20,000 nucleotides of DNA, from contig MEDY01000124.1 of assembly GCA_001724265.1 (NCBI GenBank), positions 50,501 to 70,500 of the forward strand, in the 5' to 3' direction. The first letter of the stretch is position 1, and the number at the start of each line of letters is the position of its first letter. Below are positions 1-9,800 of the stretch, piece by piece. Below the pieces are notes generated by a model that made no database searches, was not told the origin of the DNA, and saw nothing but the letters and a program-made list of their open reading frames with translations. The stretch is from Rhizaria sp. SCN 62-66 (Eukaryota). Both the position numbers and the translations under genes were made by a program.

Positions 1-1
1 C

Positions 2-1891
2 AAGCCCAACGTGGTCTCGGAGACCGTGGCGAACCACGTCGACGCGAACCTCGCCGGCGCGGGCCACCCGGGCACCGTGCTACTTAACAAGCCCAGCGGA
101 CCGTACTTCCAGGCTTTTCCGTACATGTCGACTCCGTTCAGCGCCGTCGACGACCTCAAGCGCCGCGAGCGGCTCGAGCTCTCGGGCAAAATGACGCTGC
201 TCGCGCACGAGCCCTGGCGCCCCACGCACGCGCGCCCCGAGACGTGCTTTAACCCGCCCCCGCCGGTCTTTGCTGCACCCGTACGTCTCTAACTAAATCA
301 ACGCTCCATTCTTTGCCCTTGAAATGCATTCCTCTCCCACACTCACTGGTTTTTATCTCTCCCCGTGTTGCTCTATTGCATTCATTGTACCACACAGAAC
401 CCGCTCGCTGCGCACGAGTTTTACAGCGACCCGTTCGAGGACGCCGACGACGTGGAGCTGCGCGCGCGCTGGTTCGAGCGCTCCCGCGTGCGCGCGGGTC
501 CTTTCCTCGCTGGCGGCAAGGCCCCCTCGTCGACGTCGACGGCCTCGGCCGTGCCCTCCGCGACCTCGTCCGCTGGGCTTTCGCGCCAGGACCTGCCGCG
601 CGTCCTGCAGCGCCTGCGCGCGCTGCTGCGCGAGGACTGGGCCGAGGCCGAGACGTCGGTGTACGCCGACGAGGACGGCTACGTCGTGCTCGAGTTTGAC
701 ATGAACACATGTCCGTCGCGCCGCAGCGTGCTCGCCTACATGAACATTGTCACGGGCGCGAACCCAATCGTGTCGGAGCACGGACTGCGCAAGGTGCCGC
801 AGCTCTGGGGCTACTTACCCAAAAACAACAACAACAACAGTAACGCCGGCGGTGAAGCTCAATCTGGGTCTCAGCAACAGCAGCAGCAGTCGCAGCAGAC
901 TGCTGACGGCAAGCAGGACGGCGCCCTAACCGACAGCAGCGGCGAGCAGCAGCAGCCGGGGGGCCAGGGCGGTGACGGTGGCAAGGACCTGAACAAGATG
1001 TACTTCGCGTTCCGCCCGCCCTGGCTGGCGCAGGCGCCGCTCGAGGCCTACTACACTCTGCATCCGGAGAAGCGGTCGTTCCGCGCGGACCAGGCTCACC
1101 AGCGGCGCACGGCGGCCGAGGCGCAGGCGCGCGACGAGGAGGCCGCGCGGCAGCATCTGGCGCGCCAGCATGCGGTGCACCAGCAGCAGCAGCAGGGCAC
1201 TTTCGCGCAGCTCATGTCCCCGCAGCCGCCGCAGCAGCAGCAGCCGTCGTCGCTGGGGGCGCGTGGCGCGCGCGGCAGCGGCGGCGGCGGCGCGCTAGGG
1301 ACTGTGAGTAGCTCAGGCGCGCAGCCGAGCGCCGTGCCGCTGTCGCAATACGATTCGCCCTACTCGTTCGAAGCCGCGGGTCCCGGCACGCTGGCCTACG
1401 GCGCGCGCAGCTCGCTTGCCGTCACACCCACCAATAGCGCGCGCGCGGGCCCCCTGGGACCCATGGGTGCCGCTATGGGTACCGCGGGGACCACGGGCGC
1501 GTTGTACGCGAGCGCAGGCACGGGCGCCGCGAGCTACAACACGGGCTACAGCGCGTCGGTCGAGGACGGCGAGGAGCGCTATCACGGCGCTGGCGCCGCG
1601 CCGCTCGGGTTTGTGCGCGGGGACCAGTTTGTGGTTGACGCACAGCAGCAGCAGCTCATGCAGCAACAGCAGCAACAGCAGCAGCAGCATGGCAAAAGCG
1701 CGAGTTACACGCAGGGATACGGCGCGCACGCGTACGGCTCTCAAGGGTATGGCTCGCAAGGGCAGTCTAACCGGAGCTCGCTGGGGCAGACGCAGATGCA
1801 GATGATGCAGACGCAGGCCTCACAGCCAGCCTACTACCAGCAGCAGCAGCAGCAGCAGCAGCAGCCGCAGGCGCTGGCCCGACCCGGCTGA
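2..1891 (+). CDS. 5'-partial hypothetical protein (exons 2-280 and 398-1891; ~590 aa in window), folded N-terminal part plus Gln/Gly/Ser-rich low-complexity C-terminal tail
   Basis: Frame is open from base 2 (KPNVVSET...). ORFs 11..292 and 365..1891 join in frame across a phase-0 intron to give ...FAAP|NPLAAHEFYSDPF.... GC3-rich codon usage in both exons; TGA at 1889-1891 followed by an AT-rich 3' region. Confidence 0.82.
281..397 (+). other. spliceosomal intron (117 nt, phase 0)
   Basis: Donor GTACGT at 281, acceptor CACACAG ending at 397, pyrimidine-rich low-GC interior containing an in-frame TAA; removal keeps the frame. Confidence 0.88.
1838..1864 (+). repeat. (CAG)9 coding microsatellite (polyQ)
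   Basis: Nine perfect CAG units encoding the Gln run in YYQQQQQQQQQP; further CAG/CAA tracts near 872-889, 1181-1195 and 1643-1687. Confidence 0.9.
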
Positions 1892-2384
1892 GCATGGCAG
1901 CCAGCTCATCAGATGCACGTTTGCGTGTCTTCGTTTAACATGCGAGCTGATGTTTGATGTCGTGTCATAAGCTCGCTTTGTGCGTATTTGAGAAAATGCT
2001 GATTGGATCGTTACATTAGATTGCTTCTTGTTGTAATTTGCTCTGGATTAGGTGTGTTTGCCTGAGTTTTAAATCGTTCCATGAGTGTATTGCATTGCTC
2101 GAGTTAACTGCTTGAAACAAGACCACCGGCAAGGCCTCTGGCCCTGCTGTACACAGAATTGAATACATACGTCAGTATATCTATCATCAAAATATCTATA
2201 TAATTAGCGAAATACTATTGATCCGTTCAAATAGTCACAATGAAAAAACCTTATCAAGGCTAGTTGTCTAGTTGTGAAACAGAAGCGTAAAGTCGACGTA
2301 AACGCATTCACAGCATAAGTGCCCACCGCCACAGCAACCGGGGACTACAGCTACTACATACTGCGGTAACTCCACGCGCCCCAC

Positions 2385-3404
2385 TCAGTGCGCCTTGCCG
2401 GCGCCGCTCTGCGTGAGCGCGGTGAGCTGCCGCTGCAGCAGGCGGTAGATGGGTAAGTAGACTGACCCGCCGAGCATGATATGCGCGCCACGCGTCGTCA
2501 TGCCCGTGAACCAGAACCGCATGCCGCGCTCGGCGCGGATCGCGCTCAGCGCGTGCAGCACGCCGCGGTACTTAGGCGCGGGCGCGCCGGGCAGGAGCCG
2601 CGACATGGACTGCGTCTGGATGATGGTCTTGGCCACGTCGAGCGGCTGCGTCAGCACGGTCGTGGTCGCGCCCGACAACGCACCCGCGAGCATCGACACG
2701 TGCGCAGAGTGCGAGCGGCCCTCCTTGCGCATCGCCTGGTCGCGCGCGAAGTAGGCCGTGCCGAAGCCCGCGACGGAGCCCGTGGTGAGGAGGTGCGTGT
2801 AGAAGTCGTTGCCGGACATCATGAGGCACACTACGGGCAGGTCACGCGCTAGGTTCGCCCACAGGCCCTGCCAGAGGCCGCCGACGCCGTCGCGCGAGAC
2901 AAGCGTGCGCAGCGCGTCGAAGGATGAGCGCGAGCGCGGCACGCCCTGGAGCGAGCCCTCAACCTGCATGCGCTCCTTGACCACCTCGAACGGGCACTTG
3001 ACGAACGTCACCAGCGCGCGCGAGCCGGCGAACAGCGCCGCGTACTTGGCGGCGTCCAGAGTGGACGCGTTCTTGTGCGCGGCAACGTCGCGGAACATCT
3101 CGTAGGTCGTCCACTGCACGGCCGCCAGCGGGGACTGCATGAGCCGCGGGCCGAGGCCGCGGTAGAAGGCGCGGACGCCTTCGCCGTAGATGCCGCGCAC
3201 GGCGTCCGAGACGTTGCGGTACTGCTTGGCACCGACGACGGCGCCGGAGAACTGCTGGCGCACCATGACGGTGACGACGGGATGCCAGATGGCGCCCGTG
3301 ATCATGGTCGTCACGAACGATGCCATGCCGCCCTTGGTGATGGCTGTCTTGCCACGCTCCATCAGCGTCGGCTGCGTCTTGGAAGCAGGGGCCGCGACAG
3401 ACAT
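2385..3404 (-). CDS. mitochondrial carrier family (SLC25) protein, 339 aa, probably amino-acid/SAM-type substrate
   Basis: Three ~100-aa repeats with signatures HPVVTVMVRQQ (degenerate), CPFEVVKERMQ and QPLDVAKTIIQ, followed by EGVRAFYRG, DGVGGLWQG and RGMRFWFTG. Helix 4 carries R-D (LARDLP), the contact-point-2 pair typical of amino-acid-type carriers. Confidence 0.95.
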   Translation of the reverse strand: MSVAAPASKTQPTLMERGKTAITKGGMASFVTTMITGAIWHPVVTVMVRQQFSGAVVGAKQYRNVSDAVRGIYGEGVRAFYRGLGPRLMQSPLAAVQWTTYEMFRDVAAHKNASTLDAAKYAALFAGSRALVTFVKCPFEVVKERMQVEGSLQGVPRSRSSFDALRTLVSRDGVGGLWQGLWANLARDLPVVCLMMSGNDFYTHLLTTGSVAGFGTAYFARDQAMRKEGRSHSAHVSMLAGALSGATTTVLTQPLDVAKTIIQTQSMSRLLPGAPAPKYRGVLHALSAIRAERGMRFWFTGMTTRGAHIMLGGSVYLPIYRLLQRQLTALTQSGAGKAH

Positions 3405-3870
3405 CAGTGCTGCAAGAAATTAAATAATACGGGTCATTTGAAGGATATGAGAGTTCGTATGCACAGTTCAATTTTGACACCAACGATGAAACAATTGCGC
3501 TGTGGATAATCAAATCAGCCCAACTTTCGAGGGGGTGTGGCGTGATCTCTCGCTCGGCCACAGTCTGTCTTAAGAGCCCGACGGCACTGCGGACATTGAT
3601 CATGTGCACACGTATAAGGCCGTCGTTAAGAATAACGTCTGCATACTATATTATACTGATGCGCATGTGCTTATTTTTATAATTATACTTTCTACAGACC
3701 TATTTATAACTCACACCACTTACTCGCTTATCCTTCCGCACCCCACCATCAAAGCTTTACAACACCCACTTCGGCTGGCCCATTGCAACGGCACTCTTGG
3801 GTTCTCTCTTCAAGACACAGCAAAGGTACACCATCACCTAATCACCGCTCTTGCGGAGCGACTTGTCAGG
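3405..3870. promoter_or_regulatory. putative bidirectional promoter / 5' UTR region between divergent genes
   Basis: 466-bp AT-rich spacer between the carrier ATG (3404, minus) and the giant-ORF ATG (3871, plus); TATA-like runs around 3613-3710. Function is inferred from the geometry. Confidence 0.55.
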
Positions 3871-6800
3871 ATGCAACACCGCGCCCGCCACCTCGCTGGC
3901 GCCCTGCGCGCCGCAGTGCCCGCGGCGCCCGCACTGCCGTCCTCCGCGCTCCAATCCCCTGCCCTCGCGTCAACGGCGGGCCAGTCCCGCGCCATGTCGT
4001 CGTCGTCGTCGTCGTCGTTCTCGTCCTCGTCCTCCGGCCGCGGCGCGTCCCCCCGCAAGGGCTCTTCCGCGCGCATGCCCCCCACGTCGTCGGCGGACAT
4101 CGCGCAGCGCCAGTTCCGCCGCCCCGAGACCAGCGTGCTCGGCCGCTCCGGGGGCTCACTCAACAGCACCACCCCGGCCGAGCCCGAGGGCGCGGGCGAG
4201 AGCGAGGAAGAGGCGGACCCGGCGCTGGCGCTCGTGCAGCGCTACCTGGCGGCGGGCGACGTCGCGGGCGCCGAGGCCGCGCTGGCGATGGCCGTGCGCT
4301 CCACCGAGGACCGCCTGGGGCTCGACTACGTGGGTGGCGCGGGTACTCCGGCGACAGACGCTAAAGCCAACACAAACGTCCATCACTCATTGCAACAACA
4401 GCAGAAACAGACCGCTAAGCCCGCCAAACCTGCCACAACGAAGCTTTCTCAAACTGCTGCTGGCGCTAACGCTGCGAAGCCGCCTGTGACGCTGACGTCG
4501 CTGATGCAGGCTGCGCAGCGCGCGGAGCGCCGCGGGGGCGCGCTGGCAGCGCCGGTGCCGACGCAGGCTCAGCTGCGCGCGGAGCACGCGGCGCAAGGTG
4601 AGCGGCTTGCGCGCGGGGAGGACTTCGCTAGGGAGCAGACGCTGCACTTCGCTGCGCTCGGCCAACGCGCGGCCATGGGCACGGAGGAGGCGCTGCGGGC
4701 CGCCGCGCGCCGCAGGGCGGGGCTGCCCGCCGAGGAGGACGTCGACGACGACATTGACGACGATGTCGACGACGAGGTTGACTATGACGAGAACGATGAC
4801 GTCGAGGACGGCGCGTACGACAGTGATGGCCGCGCCGGCTCCGGCTCCGGCTACGACTCGGCCCTTGACTCCGGCGCCGACGCCGAGCTGGGCTCCGGCG
4901 TGGACTCGGCGGCCGAAAGCGGCGGGCTTATGAGCGGCTATGACTCGGACGCCCGCGCCGCCGACTCCGAAGTGCTGACGCGCATCGCAGAGGCCGGGCG
5001 CGCAGGCCGGCTTGGCAAGGACGCTGAGTGGTTCGACCCACGCCGGCCCGACGCGCTTGCGCGCAAGAGGGAGAAGGACGCCGCCGCCACCGCTAATACC
5101 AGTGCCAGTGCGGCCCGCCGCGGCGAGGTTGAGGAGGACGACGATGTGGACGCGGATGCGAGTGGGCGCGAGAGCTGGTTTGACTCTGCGATGCAGGCAG
5201 CCTCAGGCACTGAGGGCGAGCAACAGCGCAGCCAGCAGCAGCAGCGTGAGCAAAGCGACGCTGAGTGGCAGGCCCACGCGCGCGCCGCGATGTGGCACAA
5301 GGCCGGCAGCCCACCATCACAATCACCGGCTCACCCTGCGCAGTTATCGCGGCCGGAACAGGCCGCCGCCGCCGTGGCCGCGACCGCGCGCGCCACGGGC
5401 ACCACGGTCACGGCCCCGCCCGGCGAGCCCGCCTTCGCGTGGCCGCCGCCGCGCCGCTCGCTCGGCCTCTCCCGCCTTATGGCCTCTGCGCGCCCCCTGC
5501 CGTCCACCGCCTCAGCTGTCAGTGGCGCCGAAGGCACCGGCGCTAGCGGTGCTGGGTCGATGTCGGGCGTGGCGGCGCTGCGCCAGCTGCCCACCGCGGC
5601 CGCCCGGGCGGGAGTGCGCGGGGCCACAGCCGCGCTCGAGGCCGCGATGGCCGACATGGCCGCCGAGCTGGCCGCCGCGCGCACCGCGGCTGCCGCGGCC
5701 GCCGCTGAGGCCGCGGCGACGGGCGCCCCGGCGGCGGCGCCGTCGACCGCGGCCATCGCGCGCGCGCACGCCGTGGCGGCGGCGCTGACCGAGCTGTGCG
5801 CAGGGCTCGTCGCTGACGGCGCCGCGGACTCCGGGCTGCCGCCGCCGCGCCGCGCCGCCGCCGCCGCCGCGGGGCTGTCGCTGGACCCCGCGGAGCTGGT
5901 GCGCGAGTTCCAGGCCCACCGCGGCGCGCGCCTGGAGCACGAGGTCGCGCTTGGCGCAGACACCGACGGCGACAACGGCGGCGAGAGTGTGGCCGCAACT
6001 GTGGAGGCGGTGCGGGCCCCGGCGCTGTCGGCGCCCGCGCTGCCGTTCGAGCCCTTCGCGCCGTCGTTCGCGCGCAGCGACTCGGCGGCCGCACTCACTG
6101 CTTCGGCCGTGGCGGCGGCGGCTCCCACTCCGCGCGCCGCGCTGCTGGCCATGTCACCCGCCGCGGCCGCGTCGGCGCTGCGCGACGACCCGGCCTTGCT
6201 GACGATGCTGCGCATGCTCGACACCGCGGCTGCGAACGAGGCCCTCGGCGCCGCCAAGGGCAAGGGTGCGCGGAGCGACAAGGACGCGGCCGCGGCGGCG
6301 GGGACGCAGGTGGCCGTGCTGCGCGCGCTGCGGTCCGTGCTGCCGGCGACGTTCTCGCGCGTAGTGGCGACGATGGGCGCGCGCGGCGGGCGCGCGATGG
6401 CGCGCATGATGCAGGCCTCCGAGTCCGCGGCGGCGGCGGCGGCGCGGCGCGGGGCTGCGGCGCCCGACGCCGCGGCGGCCGCCAAAGAGGGCGCGCGCGC
6501 GACGGCCGCGCTGGCCAGCGAGCTGCGCAACATCGCCGCCAGCGAGGGCGCGACTGGCGCGCAGTTGCCGCCGGAGGTCGCGCGCGCGCTCGGCGTCGCC
6601 ACACCCGACGCCGAGGTCTCCCCCTCGCTGACTGGGGATTCGCAGGCGCATGCGCAGACACTTGAGTCAGACGAGGCCGCGGCGGTGCGGCGCGTGGCGG
6701 CGCTCATGGCGACGGACCGCGACGGCATCGTGGTGGATCTGGCCACAGAAGAACGCCGGCTCGCGCTCATGGCCGTCGAAGGGCTCTCACCGGCGGCCGC

Positions 6801-9800
6801 GGCCGCGCGGGCCATCAACGACGTCCACGGCGCCGACTCCGCCTCTGCTGCAGACGCCAGTGCGGACGGGGGCGAGGTCGTCGACGAGTACGGCGTGACC
6901 AAGGAGCAGCGGCAGCTGCAGGCGGCGCTGGTACAGTATGAGAACATGCTGCGTCGGCGCGTGATGCTGCTTGAGGCGGAGAAGGAGGCGCAGGCCACTG
7001 GCGCGCCGTTGATCGACGACCTGCGCACCCTGGCGTCGCGCATCGCGGCCGTGCGCGCCGATGTCAAGGACCGCCCGGAAGACTCGTCGCTGCTGCGGCG
7101 CGCCAACGAGCTGTACAAGCAGCTGGCCTTCGTGCAGCAAACGAAGCGGACGAACCCGACGCTCTACTACTGGCGCAAGTTTCTGGCCAACATCCCGCGG
7201 TCCGCGCGCGCTGACGCCATGGCGGCGCACGAGCTGCCGAACAACCCCATCGCGTGGGCCATCGAGACGGGCGAGCAGGAGGCCGCGCGCCGCGCCGCGC
7301 TCGCCGCGGGAGTGCCCGACGAGGAGTCGGCCGCGCGTCAGGACGAGACTGACAAGCCGCGGCTGACCCCGGAGATCGTCAAAGACGCGCTCACGCGGCT
7401 TGTGCGCCTGCGCCGCGACACCGCCGCGCTCGAGGCGCGCATCGAGCGCTCCGTGGCCGCGGGCGACGCCGCCGCGAAGCTGGCGAAGCGCGAGGGCCGG
7501 CCGCCCGCGCGCGCGCAGCGCGAGTCCGGCGGCACAAGCGCGGCCGAGGTAGAGCTCACGGAACACATGCGGTTCCTGTGGTCGCTGCGCGCTGACTGCG
7601 AGCTGGCGACGGCGGCGATCGAGCGCGACACGCGCGCCGAGCAGCGCGCGCTGCGGATGCGCGAGGTGCAGCGCGAGCTCAAACTTCTTGCCGGCTCGCA
7701 GGTCACGGATGCCGAGCGGCGCGTGGACGAGCTGCAAGAGCTCACGCGCACTGCGATGCTGGGCCGCAAGGCGCTGCGGTTCAACGTGACCGAGCTGGCC
7801 GAGGAGCGTGACGAGGCCGCCATGCACGGCGGGCACGTCGAGGCCCTCGTCGCGCCCAGCAAGTTCCGCCAGCGCGCCAACAAGACCGTCGCCGCGGGCG
7901 CCGCGGGGGCCACGGTCGCGTTCGTCGACCCGCTTCTCGCGCTCGCGCTGGCCGGGGATGATCCCGCTGCCGCTGCCGCCGCCACGGCCGGGCAGGCCGA
8001 CGCGTTCGGCTCCACGGCAGGCCGCGCGATGCCAGGCTCGGTTCAGGAGGCGCTGCAGCTGCAGGCGCGCGCGGTGCTGGCGTCTCCGACCGCCGCGGCC
8101 GCGTCCGCCGAGACTGCGGCGGCCGCCGCCGCCGCGGCGTCTGCGCTGCCGCGGTCCGAGGTCGCGCACCTCAAAGCGCAGGAGGCGCTGGCGCGCGCCG
8201 CCGAGGCAGAGGCGCGGCGCACAGTCATCACTGCGGCCGCGCAGGAGCACATCCTGCGGGCCGCGCAGCAGGAGCAGCAGGCGGGCGCGCCGACCACGGC
8301 TGCGCGCGCGAAGCTGACGCTGCGCGAGGTCGCGCCCGCGGCCGCGCGGCTGCTGTTCGGGCGCGTCGTTGGCGCGCACGGTGCGCGCGTGCTCGTGGAG
8401 CAGGTGGGCACGCGCGCCTACGCCAAGCACGCCATGTACTACGCGGGCACGCCCGTCGAACGCCTGCTGCGCGCTGTGGCGCCGCGCGCCGAGGACGAGG
8501 GCGAGGAGGCCGCCGCCGCCGCGGAGGCCGTGGCGCGCGCGCTCGACCTGCCCGGCGCCACCGCTGCGGCGCGGAATGCCGACAACGACGGCGAGATGGC
8601 CGCTGCCGATGCAGTGCTTGGCAATCGCCTTAAGACCTCCCAGCCCACTAATGACGCTGATGCCGAGGCTGATGCTGTCGCAGAGGCTCTGGAGCAGGGC
8701 GCCAGCGCCGGTGCAGTCAAGGCGGGCCGCCGCTGGGAGGCCGCACAGCGCCGGAACAACAACAACATCAAGTCACAGACTGCGGACGCCGAAAATGACG
8801 AGGACGTCGACGATGACAACGACGAAGAGCTCGACACCGACGCCGACAGCGCGACCGAGAGCGCTGTTTCTACTTACAAAGCGGGCGCGCGTCCGCTGTG
8901 GCAGTGCACCAAGTCGCGGCACATGCAGCTGCTGTGTGGCGACTATGTGCTCTTCGACCCGCACGCCGCGCGCGCGTGGTCCCAGTCGGCCGCGACCACG
9001 GCGGCCGCGGTCACCGCGCTGGGCGCTGCCGCCGACGGCGTCGTTAAGGTCGTCTTCAAGCGGCTCAACGAGCTCAAGCGCGGACTGGCCGTCAAGAAGC
9101 GCGGCACAGTGCTCTCGCAGCCAGCGTCAAGCATGGCGGCCAACGCGGACCACGTCGTGGTCTTGTGCGCGGCCGAGGGGCAGCCGCCGCTGTCGCCGTT
9201 CTTGCTCGACCGCTTCATCGCCATCGGCCAGCAGGCCAACGTGCCTGTGACGATTGTGTACAACAAGGTCGACCTGCTGGACACCGTCGCGGCGGCGGCG
9301 GAGGACTTCGAGCGCGAGCAGGCCCGTGCGCGGCTGCTGCGCGAGAAGAAGGTCAAGAACCACAAGTTGCGCCGCCAGATGCAGCGCGAAGACGCCGATG
9401 CCGACGTCGCTGTTGAGGATGACGCTCAATTGGAGAACGACGGCGAGGAAGAGGAGGAGTGGGACGAGGAGCAGTGGGAGGCGGCCGAGGCCGAGGACGC
9501 AGCGCAGCGCCGGCTCGCTCGTTGGGTGCGCAAGCGCGGCAAAGAGAGCACCAACGGGCGCCGCACGGCGTACTTGCCCGCCGAGGTGGACGCGCTGCTC
9601 GCGGCATACGAACAGCTCGGCCACCGCGTGATCCGCACGTCGGCGACGACGGGGCAGGGCGTGGACGAGCTGCGCGGCGTGCTGGACCGGTTCCACACGT
9701 CGCTGCTGCTGGGGCCCTCGGGCGCGGGCAAGAGCTCGCTGCTGAACCTGCTGCTGCCCGACACGCAGCTGCGCGTGAACCGGCTGACCGTGTCGGGCCA

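Noticed and set aside
3604-3870. 89-aa N-terminal extension of the giant ORF from a GTG start
   Set aside because: AT-rich non-coding composition and a non-ATG start in a eukaryotic context; ATG 3871 matches the compositional switch and gives a presequence.
4343-4410. Hidden intron in the A/C-rich patch of the giant ORF
   Set aside because: GTACTC donor is phase 1 while nearby CAG acceptors are phase 0, so splicing would break an otherwise open frame.
5331-8430. Long antisense and alternative-frame ORFs (e.g. 595 aa and 547 aa on minus)
   Set aside because: Expected shadow ORFs of very GC-rich coding DNA; Arg/Ala/Ser-rich with no motifs. The same applies to the other overlapping ORFs in the track.
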